Shown here: positions 7,884-17,881 of the stretch, one piece after another
Layout: every line of letters starts with the position of its first letter
How positions within the stretch are numbered: the first letter of the stretch is position 1
IMG/VR virus record: IMGVR_UViG_3300027851_000034
Location: 1 to 54,539 of that record
Direction: 5' to 3' (one strand)
Length of the DNA: 54,539 nt
DNA from: a virus
Taxonomy: Duplodnaviria > Caudoviricetes
Notes under the pieces: model-generated
Told to the model about the DNA's origin: nothing
Seen by the model: the letters and a program-made list of their open reading frames with translations, nothing else
The model's database searches: none
Translations under genes and position numbers: made by a program

Positions 7884-8615
7884 ATGAATTCCGCAACACA
7901 GGAAATAAACTCAGGCCCAGCACTTCTTTATTTCACATATATTGCAGTAGCGATTATTGCATCAACAAAATTTACCAAGTACATTTTAAAACCAAAACTA
8001 ACAGCATACAGATTATTTATAGGCTGGCTTTCTTCTACATTCCTCATTTCGGCAATTGTTGTACCTTTGTATTTTATTGTGTACAACTCAAAAAATGCAG
8101 GGGTCTGGATGATCGGAGGAGATATGGCAATAACAGGAGAATCACTTAAGGGGGTGGCATTATCCTGCGCGTTGACTTTTTGGATTACAGCATATTTAAT
8201 TTCGCGCAAGGAAAACCCAACAATTGAACGCGTCTTGAGGTGGATATTTTTGATTTATGTCACAATAATTGTGATTACATTCACCGTGTTCGGTGCTGAT
8301 TTTTTCGAAAGCATGCAAAGTAAAAAGCCGGTTTCAACACCGATCCCTGCTGCAGCCCAAGTGCCAAAGTCAATAGCTTCACCGGTAGTCCCAGCACCAG
8401 CACCACCGCAGGATACGGCTGAGGTCGTTGACGATAGGGCCGCAAGAGAACACTTCGCAAGAATTTACGCCGCACACCCCGATGCTGACAACATCATGAA
8501 TAGCTCCGTTTTTAATGCATGGGCGAGTCAATCAGCCGAACGCCGACGAATATTGGAAAAGGGAACGACCATCGAAGTGATTGACCTATTCAACACATAC
8601 AAGGCGCAACGGTAG
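7884..8615 (+). CDS. Low-GC moron: 4-TM membrane protein, Pro-rich linker, and domain similar to the phage scaffold protein
   Basis: Four hydrophobic helices. C-terminal HFARIYAAHPDAD...AW...GTTIEVIDLFNTYKA aligns with scaffold HWRAIYQAHPDAE...AW...GTSAQVIELLDAFKA. RBS AGAGGG before ATG 7884; alternative start at 7800. Confidence 0.8.
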   Translation: MNSATQEINSGPALLYFTYIAVAIIASTKFTKYILKPKLTAYRLFIGWLSSTFLISAIVVPLYFIVYNSKNAGVWMIGGDMAITGESLKGVALSCALTFWITAYLISRKENPTIERVLRWIFLIYVTIIVITFTVFGADFFESMQSKKPVSTPIPAAAQVPKSIASPVVPAPAPPQDTAEVVDDRAAREHFARIYAAHPDADNIMNSSVFNAWASQSAERRRILEKGTTIEVIDLFNTYKAQR

Positions 8616-8666
8616 TATCAAGCATCAGTCCACCAGCGGAATCATGTTGTATTTTGAGGGTCATCC

Positions 8667-8810
8667 ATGTTCTGGGTCACACTGTTTTTTCTGGCATTTC
8701 TCTTGATAGTTGTGTGCAGTGGAGCATCAATTAAATCCATATTCACAGTGGTTACCATCATTGGCGCTGTCTCGACTGTTATTGGATTTGCGCTGAATTT
8801 TTTGCTGTAG
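8667..8810 (+). CDS. Unannotated 47-aa two-TM protein
   Basis: MFWVTLFFLAFLLIVVCSGASIKSIFTVVTIIGAVSTVIGFALNFLL; RBS GAGGG; below the ORF-track size cutoff. Confidence 0.6.
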   Translation: MFWVTLFFLAFLLIVVCSGASIKSIFTVVTIIGAVSTVIGFALNFLL

Positions 8811-11800
8811 CAAACATCGTGTTCATGTTGCTCATGATTTCGGTGATGCGTTGCTCAACGGCATTTACCTGGGCGGCATCGGCATCTGACTTGAGCATTT
8901 CGCTTTTCTCTCGTCGCAATTGCTGCACGCGCCGCTCTGCCATGTTGAATCCAATGATCAGCCTGGCCTCTGGGTTCTCCATGCGCAATTCCCTGGCCTC
9001 GGCGAACTTCCCATCCTTCTCAAGCCCCCTGATCTCCGTCTCAAGGCGGTTCAGCTTGCTGGCATTTGAATAGAAGGCATTGCCTTGGCCAGACTGGCCA
9101 TCGGCGCTGCCCACAAACCGGCCAACCAGCGGCACCTTGTGCAGCGGCAAATCTTCGCCAGTGATGGTATTGGTGATGGTTTGCTCCACCTTTGTGAGTT
9201 CGCGCCACACGCCACCACCAAGCTGACCGGCGAGATAGTCAATCTGGTCAGGCGTTGGGCTCAACACACCGGCCACATACTTGTTGCCACCAGATAACGT
9301 GTTGATGGCTTCAGCCAAGAACTTCGACACAATGGAGGCGGAATCTTTGTGCTGGGTGAAGCCGGGTAAGTCTTTATTGGACGACACCCGCGCAATAGGC
9401 CTACCGGTCCAGTCCTTGTTTTCTGTCAATGCCACAAGCGGATCAAGAACTGTCGGAGCAATGGTTTGCATGGACAGTCCAGCGTTGCCAATTGGGTTGA
9501 ACGCATCGGCAAACAACCCGGCCAACTCTGCGGCTCTCTGCACCGGGTTTTTGAATCCACCAAGCGCAAACTCAGTCGCCACGCGCCCAACGCTGGGTAT
9601 TACGTGCAGGCCAAGCGGCATGGGGATGGTGATGTACGACTTGCCTCCTGTGGGGATGATCAGGTTGCGCTCACGCACAAACTCTGGCGGCTCATCGTCA
9701 TCAAATCCGGCAGCAGCCAAAGCCAATGCCTGAACAGACCCCAGCAGCACCCCGCCGTACACCACCTTTTTGCCATACGGCGTCAGTCGCAGCGTCTTGG
9801 GCTGGCCAGGCTCCATGGTCATCAGGGTTTCAGCCAAACGAGCTGTGCCCTGCATGGCTGCATTGAAGAAGGCGTACACGGCACCGGCCTGTGCGCCTGA
9901 AATACCTTTTCGGTTGAAGTTGACGGTCAGATTCTTCGCCAAACTGGCCGCCTTCTGGCGCGTCATGCCTTTGTCCAGCGCTGCCTTGTATGCCGCCAGG
10001 CGCACGCCGTTTTCCATGGCCTCGTTGTAGTCGCTCAACCAATCAAACAGGCCGCTTGAGCCCTTACGGATGAGGCTGATTGGACGGGTCAATCGCCCTT
10101 CGGCAGTGAAGAACTTCCCCAATTTCGACTTTGCCCACGCGTCAGGGTTCATCAGTTCATTGAAGGCGTCCGTGCGATCGGCCGGCGTTGCGAACAAATC
10201 CCGAAAGCCGGTCTGCCCACCATCTTGCTGAAACTGCTCGTACAGCTTGGACCACTCAGAAGAAGACGCCCCGCCCTTGCGCACGGAGCGAATGTCCTTG
10301 TAAATCCCTGACAGCGCACGGATGGCGTCTTTGGCGATCCGGTTTTTCTGGTCGGCCAACTCGGTGGCACCCAAGTTGATCATGGCACCCTGCACATCTC
10401 GCACCAGGTTCACCACGCCAAAAACGGGGTTGTATTGGGTGTTGATGGATGCAAAGTATCGAGTCATCTGCGACACCGTGCCCAGCCATCCCTCAATCTG
10501 AGGCGTGTCCAGGTTTTTCAGGGCGCCAGCCATGCGAACGGCTCGCTCGTTGTCCTGGTTGAACGTCACGGCAACCTCGCGCACCACGCCATCCTTTGCC
10601 ACCTTGGCCATCACCACATTGGGCAAGCTCTTGAACAGCGGGTTCACGCGCTCCTCAACGACGCCAGTCTTGGGGTTGAACACCCGCTCGGAATCTGGTG
10701 GGCCGACCTTCCAGAAGTCTTGATTTGGGTTGGCTGTCACCAGCCCCACCAAGGCCTTGGCCACACGGTTTTTCTCTCCGCGCACCACAGCCTTTTCCCG
10801 GGCAGATGCAATGTGACTGATGATGTCCACCACCTTGCGGGTGGAGCCTGTTCGGCCCTTGGTCTCTCGGCCTTTGATGGAGAAGCCCTGTCCCGTGCCA
10901 CGCCCACCGGCCTTGTCCTCTCGATGCAGTGGCACGTAGTGCTTGAACATCTTGCCCCAGGAGTCGATGGCGCTCTGAGGCTCCAGCTCATACTCCACCA
11001 TCAGGCGATTGGTCTCAGCCATGATCGCGTCGAACTTCGCCGCCACCGCCGCCAGCCTAACCGCATCGGCCCTGGGCAGATTGGAAAAGTAGGCATCTGC
11101 CTCGGCATCCTTCATGCCAGAGCCGCCATCCTGCAAACCCTCAACATCAGGATTGCGCTCGGCAATCACCCGATTTGCCTCCTTCGCATGCCGGGCGTGC
11201 ATGTACTCCTCAAGGTCTGCAAGCTGAAACCCATGGAGCGCCAATTGCCTCAAGGCCGGCTCAAGTTCTTTCCTTGTGAAATCCTGAACGCGCTTGGCTG
11301 TGCGACCGTGATACAGCTCCTCTTGCAGGTAAACGTTGATGTCATCAGCCAACTTTCCAGACCACTTGGTGATGCTTTGGGTGACTCGCTTCAAGTCCAC
11401 CAGTTTGTCTTGCAGATTGAAAACGTAGTCATCCCACTTCGATGGCAGCGGCGCATCCCACCGGTCAGCCGCAGCCCCCTTCACACCGAAGTCGTCGGGG
11501 TCTGGTGTGCGGCGGAAACGAATGTCCGGGTTCGCCGGATCGAAATCACCATTGTTGCCAATGGCGCTTTTCACCTGCGTGGGCTCGAAGGCTACGATTT
11601 CAATCGACCCATCGGGGTGTGTCAGCATCACGCCATCGTGTCCTTGCGCCTTGACCTTTTCCGTGAACTGGTCAATGTGGGACTGCGGTGCCCTGGACAG
11701 CTTGCGCTTCATGTCCAGCGTGGCCGGGTATGGGTTGACCACCGCAAAGTACAGCGGCATCGCGTTCTGGCTGCCATCTCCGCGCTTGGCAGAAGCGTAG

Positions 11801-14800
11801 AGACTGGCTATGTCCGGGTCGCTGGTGCCGTAGATGCCCCAACCGAGCCAGCCGGTATCTTTTCGGTTGGGATGTCCAACATCAAATTGGCTGATGTCGT
11901 CTCGTGTGCCATGGAAAAAGACAACCGGGCGGCCTTGCGCATCAACGGGTCCGGATCGTTCACGTCCCACGGCGGCAGAGGCAGGCTGTCCAGCATCTCC
12001 TCCAGAGTCATTTCTTGCGGCGGCTTTTGCATCACGGCCACTGTACCAGCGCTTGAACGCCTCGCCCTGTGTTTGGTCTTTGCTCCGGCTCAGCCTCACA
12101 CCACCAGGCCCACCATTCGGGCCACCGCTCACCACGAAATTGCGTGCTGGCAGCAGGTACTGGCTGATGATCTCGTCATCCGTCAGGGCCATTTTCCCGA
12201 AGCCAGGAATATGGGTTCTCAACCACGCCCTGATGGCCGCAATCGCCCGCCTCACAAACCCAATTTGCGGGTTGGTCTCTGCCATCTCCGCCAGCACTTC
12301 CTCGGCCGCCTGCAGGCGCTGGCCAGGATCCTCAAAATCCAACCCATACTGCTCCGCCTTCGCACGAACATCCGCTTTGCGAAACACGGCAATCTGGTTC
12401 AGGATGTCAGACAACCCCTTGCCAAAGGTGCCCCTCAAGCCGTAATGCCCCAGGGCCTCATGGAAAAGCACGCGCACCACATCACGGGGTTCGCTCAGCG
12501 CACCAGCCACGATGTAGGCTTTGCCCTTGTACCAAAAGCCCTCGGGCTCACCCTCGGCACCCTGGCTGCGCTGCTGTGCGTCATATTCGCGCACAACCGC
12601 CGGGGCTTTTTCATCCTGCATGTCCGCAAGCACCACCACCTCGGGAGCGTTGGCCCAGCGGGCGGTGATGCCGTCAACGACCTTTTGAGCGAGGTCAGCA
12701 GTCAGGCCGCTTGAGGCCCCCTGGCTGCGGCTATTGCGTGGCGATACGCTCGCATCTCCAGCATTGCCTGTTTGGTTTCCTGCCGCAAGGACTCTATCTC
12801 TGACAAGCTGAGCATCGTCATGTTTGGCAAGGTAGCGCGCCTCTGACTCGGTGAGCGCATCAAACCCGTAGCCGGTAACGGCTCGGAATTGCGGCTCGAT
12901 GTCATCAAATCGTTCACGGACTTTGCTCAGAAGTTCTGGTGATGGGGATAGAACTGAACTGTACTGCTTCCCGGTCAGGGCAACAAGCCCAGACACCATG
13001 CCGCCGTTGTCGCGGATATGGCTTGCCAGCGATGCAAATGTGCCACCTTGCGTTACGGTGTCATCCACAAGCACATACGCTGCGCCCTTGCGCACAAGCC
13101 CATCAAACACAGGTGGGTTCAGCAGCCTATCAAGCCCATCCATGGAGGTGCGCTTGGGAGAGTTGACCTGCACAATTTCTGCCTCGGCCTCAGTGCCCAG
13201 CCTTTCTGCCAACAGGTCGGCAACGGCAGCTGGGATTTTGTTTCGGCCGGTTGCCTCCACCGACACCACCGGGACGATCACATCAGCACCACTGGCTGCG
13301 TCACGCACTCGCTGCACAAAAGCGTCATCCACCAAGTCAAATGCAATGCGCGCAGCTGCAAAGCTGTCGCCTGCCTTTGCTGCTTCGTAATCCGGGTGCC
13401 GGTTCAGGTCACCAAGCTTGTGCCCAATTACCACGTCAGGCAGGCGGTTTCCGCTGTTGCTGCGTCGGCTGAACATCGGCACGCTGGCCGCCACACCATC
13501 GGGCTTTTTGTCACTGCGCAGCATCAGGTGCGACCCGCCGCGCGGCTTATCGCCCGAGCGGGCAATCATCTCATTCACAAAATCGTCCAAGGCCGTGTTG
13601 TTCAGGCCATGAATCCAGTTGGCCAGCCGAGCCATGCCAAGGAACCTTGCAATCTGTTCAAGCAAGTTGCCGACTGAACGGGTCCAGGCGCGCAGCTGGA
13701 AAGGAGAGCCAGCGCGCAAGGTTTCGCTCATCGTGGCCAGCGACTCCTCAACAGCCACAGCCTCATAATTGGCCAAGCGTTCACCCGTCATCGGCCCTAT
13801 TGCCGAATAACTGGCCAGCTTCTCCTGCCCATCGGCAGATTTTTTCCAAGCCTCCGCCCCCCTTCGAACCACGGCGTGATCGGTTGCCAGACCCAACATG
13901 AACTTGACGTAATCCGCATTCGTGGCGAAATACGACTTCAACCCCCGGTGAAACAACTCATGGAAAACCGTCCTCATCACGTCCAAAGTGCCAGTGTTGG
14001 CACCGGAAAAGACAACGATCCTCCCGTCTTTGAGTACCCCACCCTTTGGCATCGGCCCAGGGATACTCAGCCCAGCATCGGATGGCGTGCGGTGCACCTC
14101 AATGTGAGGCGCGTTTGGAATGTCCTTCAAGACAGACTGCACGGCTTTAAAAGCCGCATCGTGCGTCAATGGACGGCCAAATAAGCCCGGCAATGTCGCC
14201 CTGCGGTACAGCATCTCGCCAGCCTTATCGCCGAGCCCGTACACCCTCTGCCGCCTCGACATGGCACCGGAGCTTTTGAGCGCCTGCGCCACATCACCCC
14301 GGGTGCTTCCTTTTGGCACGGTCACCGGGTCGCCGGTCTCAAAGTTCAGGGCCTCATATTTCCCGACGTACACCACACCGTCTTTGACTGTGACGGCTTG
14401 CGCGTTGCCCGGCGTGGAGCCCACCATCATCTGATCTGGCTTTGTGACTGAATTCGGGGCGCCGACCGGCTTGGCAGCGTCGGATTGCGCCCCCCCAGGG
14501 GGTTGTGAGTCAGACCCAACCACGGCCCCCGTCTGCCCGGCTTGTTCCTGACTTACGCCATTTGCAGGGCCGCCAGCAGCGCCAGAAGATGCATCCACCG
14601 TTGCGCTCGGGAACTCCTTCACCAGCGGCAGCAGCTCGGCAGCCGGGGCATCCAATCGAATGGCTTTGACAGGCTCCCCAGTCTCAAGCTTGGCCACGGC
14701 TTGATGATGGCCGTCAATGATGTGACCATCGCTTGAGATCAGAATCGACCTGTCGCCTCCAGCCTCCTTCGCACGCTCCACCTTCTCGGGAGAAAACTCC

Positions 14801-17181
14801 GCCTGCGTCGGCTTGAGCGTGGCAGGGTCAACCTCAACCGCCTCATGTCCAACACCCCGTGCATTGAGGAAATTGGTCATTGCCCCCCGATGCGCCGTTT
14901 TGATCTGAGGCATCTCAGAGCGTGGGACATCCAGTGTTCCGGTATCGGCCCCAAACGCCTCCCAAGAGGTGGCCCCCACATCGGCGCGCTCCGACTCCAG
15001 CGCTGCAGCCACCTTCTGGCGCACGGCATCCGGCACCTTGGCCCACTGCTTCTCAGCCATGCGAAGGGCAAAAATCCCCTTCAGGCCAGCGTCTGTCATC
15101 AGTTTTTCGCGCTCGCTCAGGGTCTTGGTCTGCCACACCTGTTCGGCAGCCTTGCTTGGCGACTGGGGGGAGGTCGCCACACCCTGACCGGCATCACCGG
15201 CTGCGCTGCTTTGCCCAGCCATCGCTCTCGCCTTGAACCTTGCAAGGTTCGTCTGCCGCTGGTCGGGAATGGTCATCGCATCCCCGGCATTGGCCTGGGA
15301 GCCCTCGGCTACGCCTGCTGAGGGTTGCGCTTGCGGTCGTTGCGTTTGCGCTTGCTGGGCTTGATCGCCATTGAGTGCTCCTTGGGTGGGTTGTGGAACT
15401 TGTTGCGCCAGGCGTGCGGCTTGCTCTCGCTGCGAGCGGATCCGTGCCAGCCCCTCGCGCAGATTTGTGGGGGCAGGAAGGGAGAGCGGCTGTCCCGTGG
15501 CCATCACCTCCCTGGCCTCCACGTCGATGACGGGCGACTCACCCAGGCGTCGAGGCGTGCCAATTTGCCCGGCCGCCGCCCCAATGGGCTGAACATCCAC
15601 CGGTTCTGCGGTGCGGCGCTGCAAACCCAAACCAGAAACCGCAGCAGGGGATGCGCCAGAATCCACCGCCACCACGGCGGAAGCCGACAGCGGGCCCGCC
15701 GACGGGTTCAAGCCCATGGCAACAGATGGCCGCTGAGCGGGAGGCTCTACAAACCCCGCATCGCCAGGCATCACAAAGTTCTGGCCAAACGGCTTGGCCG
15801 GTTTCTCTGGTGATGCCTTCATATCCGGCGCAATGTCCATGCCGGGTGGGATGTACCCGACAGGCTTTTGCTCTGGTGTCGGCTCTTGGTACGGCACATC
15901 GCCTGAAGGCTCTTGCCTCAACTCAAGCGGCACAGTCGGTTCAACGCCTGCGCGGGGGTCGTAAGTGCGCTGCAGTCCACCGGTTTGCTGTTGAGCAATC
16001 AGGTCTGCATCTGTTGCAATGGACGGGGTATCGGTTGGCGTGGCGGTGTCGCCTTGCGGAACAAGCGAAAGACCGCTTTCTGTTGGCGTGATGGGTGGCG
16101 CTGCATCAGCCTGCGGGCCAGTCATCCGCTGATACAGCTTTTGACCTGCGAACGTCAACCCACTTTGCCCAAGCGAAGAGGTGGCCTCTAAGAACGCATC
16201 CTTGGCATCAGCCTCGCCAGTGGCGGCGTACGATCCTGCGTATTCACCCGCGAACTCACCTACTGGCTCAGCCAACCCGGCAGCGGCATTCCTCGCCACT
16301 TTCTGCGCGCCGGTTTGCGATGCTTGGTAGGCTGCGTCATTGGCGATGATGCTCTTGAATGCAGGCGACTTCGACGCAGCAGATACCGCCGCTTTGTCAG
16401 CAACGTCCACGCCAAGTTCAGTCAGGGCCTTGTTCGCAGCAGCCTTACCAGGGCCAGACAGCAGCGCATGCGAAAGGCCCATGGTGGCGGTATCCACCGC
16501 ACCAATCACCGCCCCCTTGACGGCAGTTTCACCCAGGATTGAATCCCCATTCTTGTCAAGGTATGCCTTCACAGCCGCCGTGTCAGTCGGGTTGATGCCC
16601 GCTTTCTCCAGCTGCCTGAATGCCGCCTCAGACGTGCCAACCATGGAGTTACCGGCAGCCGCACCAGCAAACCCACCCACGGCAGTACCAACGGGGCCAG
16701 CAGCCGAACCAGCAGCGCCACCGACCAACATGCCAGCCATCGGCAAAATCATGTTGGGCACTTGCTCAACGATGCCCGACCCCAATGCTTGCAGGTTGCG
16801 GCCCACAGACATCGCACCAGCGCCAAATCCTTTGGCATTGTTGTAGTCGTTGGCAACCTCACCGGCTACACCCTTGATGCCACCTATGATGCCGTCACCT
16901 TCGCGCCAAGCCTTCATCAAGCCTTGGCCTTCTTCGCTACCAGGGTTTGCCTTCTGATACTCGGCCTGCGCACGGATTCGCTCGGATGCCGCCACCGTAT
17001 CTCGGCCAGCCAGATCAGCGGTCAGCCCAACGCTTGACTTGACGCTTTTCCAGCCACGGGCCAGCGGGCCATCTGTATCGGCTGGCTTTATGGGCTGACC
17101 ATCAGCCTGATGAAATTTTGAGAACGGGTTCTCACCGCCTGCATCAGTGTGAAACTTAGCAAATTGATTTCTCTGGTCCAT
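8779..17181 (-). CDS. Giant (2800 aa) polyvalent protein, probably virion-ejected: ParB-like, two zincin-like peptidase, PRTase, ADP-ribosyltransferase and LPD38 domains
   Basis: LKPTQ...IIDGHHQ; HELFH and HEALGH; YVLVDDTVTQGGT; FFHGT...GIY...EIVAFEPTQVKSA; C-terminal ENKDWTGRPI...SPTPDQIDYL. Start MDQRNQF at 17181. Confidence 0.85.
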   Translation of the reverse strand: MDQRNQFAKFHTDAGGENPFSKFHQADGQPIKPADTDGPLARGWKSVKSSVGLTADLAGRDTVAASERIRAQAEYQKANPGSEEGQGLMKAWREGDGIIGGIKGVAGEVANDYNNAKGFGAGAMSVGRNLQALGSGIVEQVPNMILPMAGMLVGGAAGSAAGPVGTAVGGFAGAAAGNSMVGTSEAAFRQLEKAGINPTDTAAVKAYLDKNGDSILGETAVKGAVIGAVDTATMGLSHALLSGPGKAAANKALTELGVDVADKAAVSAASKSPAFKSIIANDAAYQASQTGAQKVARNAAAGLAEPVGEFAGEYAGSYAATGEADAKDAFLEATSSLGQSGLTFAGQKLYQRMTGPQADAAPPITPTESGLSLVPQGDTATPTDTPSIATDADLIAQQQTGGLQRTYDPRAGVEPTVPLELRQEPSGDVPYQEPTPEQKPVGYIPPGMDIAPDMKASPEKPAKPFGQNFVMPGDAGFVEPPAQRPSVAMGLNPSAGPLSASAVVAVDSGASPAAVSGLGLQRRTAEPVDVQPIGAAAGQIGTPRRLGESPVIDVEAREVMATGQPLSLPAPTNLREGLARIRSQREQAARLAQQVPQPTQGALNGDQAQQAQTQRPQAQPSAGVAEGSQANAGDAMTIPDQRQTNLARFKARAMAGQSSAAGDAGQGVATSPQSPSKAAEQVWQTKTLSEREKLMTDAGLKGIFALRMAEKQWAKVPDAVRQKVAAALESERADVGATSWEAFGADTGTLDVPRSEMPQIKTAHRGAMTNFLNARGVGHEAVEVDPATLKPTQAEFSPEKVERAKEAGGDRSILISSDGHIIDGHHQAVAKLETGEPVKAIRLDAPAAELLPLVKEFPSATVDASSGAAGGPANGVSQEQAGQTGAVVGSDSQPPGGAQSDAAKPVGAPNSVTKPDQMMVGSTPGNAQAVTVKDGVVYVGKYEALNFETGDPVTVPKGSTRGDVAQALKSSGAMSRRQRVYGLGDKAGEMLYRRATLPGLFGRPLTHDAAFKAVQSVLKDIPNAPHIEVHRTPSDAGLSIPGPMPKGGVLKDGRIVVFSGANTGTLDVMRTVFHELFHRGLKSYFATNADYVKFMLGLATDHAVVRRGAEAWKKSADGQEKLASYSAIGPMTGERLANYEAVAVEESLATMSETLRAGSPFQLRAWTRSVGNLLEQIARFLGMARLANWIHGLNNTALDDFVNEMIARSGDKPRGGSHLMLRSDKKPDGVAASVPMFSRRSNSGNRLPDVVIGHKLGDLNRHPDYEAAKAGDSFAAARIAFDLVDDAFVQRVRDAASGADVIVPVVSVEATGRNKIPAAVADLLAERLGTEAEAEIVQVNSPKRTSMDGLDRLLNPPVFDGLVRKGAAYVLVDDTVTQGGTFASLASHIRDNGGMVSGLVALTGKQYSSVLSPSPELLSKVRERFDDIEPQFRAVTGYGFDALTESEARYLAKHDDAQLVRDRVLAAGNQTGNAGDASVSPRNSRSQGASSGLTADLAQKVVDGITARWANAPEVVVLADMQDEKAPAVVREYDAQQRSQGAEGEPEGFWYKGKAYIVAGALSEPRDVVRVLFHEALGHYGLRGTFGKGLSDILNQIAVFRKADVRAKAEQYGLDFEDPGQRLQAAEEVLAEMAETNPQIGFVRRAIAAIRAWLRTHIPGFGKMALTDDEIISQYLLPARNFVVSGGPNGGPGGVRLSRSKDQTQGEAFKRWYSGRDAKAAARNDSGGDAGQPASAAVGRERSGPVDAQGRPVVFFHGTRDDISQFDVGHPNRKDTGWLGWGIYGTSDPDIASLYASAKRGDGSQNAMPLYFAVVNPYPATLDMKRKLSRAPQSHIDQFTEKVKAQGHDGVMLTHPDGSIEIVAFEPTQVKSAIGNNGDFDPANPDIRFRRTPDPDDFGVKGAAADRWDAPLPSKWDDYVFNLQDKLVDLKRVTQSITKWSGKLADDINVYLQEELYHGRTAKRVQDFTRKELEPALRQLALHGFQLADLEEYMHARHAKEANRVIAERNPDVEGLQDGGSGMKDAEADAYFSNLPRADAVRLAAVAAKFDAIMAETNRLMVEYELEPQSAIDSWGKMFKHYVPLHREDKAGGRGTGQGFSIKGRETKGRTGSTRKVVDIISHIASAREKAVVRGEKNRVAKALVGLVTANPNQDFWKVGPPDSERVFNPKTGVVEERVNPLFKSLPNVVMAKVAKDGVVREVAVTFNQDNERAVRMAGALKNLDTPQIEGWLGTVSQMTRYFASINTQYNPVFGVVNLVRDVQGAMINLGATELADQKNRIAKDAIRALSGIYKDIRSVRKGGASSSEWSKLYEQFQQDGGQTGFRDLFATPADRTDAFNELMNPDAWAKSKLGKFFTAEGRLTRPISLIRKGSSGLFDWLSDYNEAMENGVRLAAYKAALDKGMTRQKAASLAKNLTVNFNRKGISGAQAGAVYAFFNAAMQGTARLAETLMTMEPGQPKTLRLTPYGKKVVYGGVLLGSVQALALAAAGFDDDEPPEFVRERNLIIPTGGKSYITIPMPLGLHVIPSVGRVATEFALGGFKNPVQRAAELAGLFADAFNPIGNAGLSMQTIAPTVLDPLVALTENKDWTGRPIARVSSNKDLPGFTQHKDSASIVSKFLAEAINTLSGGNKYVAGVLSPTPDQIDYLAGQLGGGVWRELTKVEQTITNTITGEDLPLHKVPLVGRFVGSADGQSGQGNAFYSNASKLNRLETEIRGLEKDGKFAEARELRMENPEARLIIGFNMAERRVQQLRREKSEMLKSDADAAQVNAVEQRITEIMSNMNTMFATAKNSAQIQ

Positions 17182-17185
17182 CCCC

Positions 17186-17229
17186 CAACTTTGCCGATGG
17201 GGGTGGCTGGCGTCGAACCCCACAGGGGG
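17186..17229 (-). promoter_or_regulatory. Late-promoter motif copy 3 (polyvalent protein)
   Basis: CCCCCTGTGGGGTTC-N19-GGCAAAGTTG, just upstream of ATG 17181. Confidence 0.7.
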
Positions 17230-17234
17230 AGCGC

Positions 17235-17270
17235 AAAAAGGCAAAACCCGCCAGGAATTCCGAGCGGGCT
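17235..17270 (-). terminator. Probable intrinsic terminator of the antirepressor operon
   Basis: CCCGC/GCGGG stem with T-rich tail on the minus strand. Confidence 0.5.
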
Positions 17271-17286
17271 CGCCGACAACACCCCA

Positions 17287-17802
17287 TCACTTGGTGGCTG
17301 CGCCCACTGCGGCCTCTTGAACCTCTGACAGCATCCGGGCAGCATCGGTGACCTTTGCCACCCTGCGGCCAGATGTCTCCCGAGCCTCTTTCACCAATTC
17401 GTCCGCACAATGGCGCTCGCCATTCACAAGATCGCCTACAAACTCCTCCAGACTTTTTCCCACGGAGAATGCAGCCAATGCCTCCCCCATGGTGCTGATG
17501 AACCCAACAGCGGCCCCTCTTTTTCCTTGATGGAGTTGGTCTCCTGCGTCGTTTACATGAGTGAATGCCGCCTCGGCAATGCACTCAAACCACGCATCCC
17601 CATCATCCCGGCTGGCCTTGATGGCCTCAAGAAATATTGCTATCCCGGTACTGCACCCATCAGCGAAACTTTCATTTGGGACATCAAATTTTTCTATCTC
17701 TTTCGCATCAAATCGGCTTGCGCCCTCCCTGAGGGTCACACACGAGATGGATGGGTTCATGCGAACACGCTTGCTTTTCCCTGAGTTGTGTGGAAAACTC
17801 AT
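17287..17802 (-). CDS. Hypothetical protein downstream of the antirepressor
   Basis: 171-aa ORF filling the gap; no family recognised. Confidence 0.6.
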   Translation of the reverse strand: MSFPHNSGKSKRVRMNPSISCVTLREGASRFDAKEIEKFDVPNESFADGCSTGIAIFLEAIKASRDDGDAWFECIAEAAFTHVNDAGDQLHQGKRGAAVGFISTMGEALAAFSVGKSLEEFVGDLVNGERHCADELVKEARETSGRRVAKVTDAARMLSEVQEAAVGAATK

Positions 17803-17881
17803 TTTGTTTTGATTTCGTAGTTTGTTATTGAAACCGAAGCCCTGAGGATTGCAGTCGTCAGGGCTTCACCCTTTTTGGCGG

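Noticed and set aside
10435-12714. Long plus-strand ORFs (759 aa here; also 26327-27697, 35351-36970, 40632-41804)
   Set aside because: Antisense shadows of well-supported minus-strand genes in high-GC DNA.
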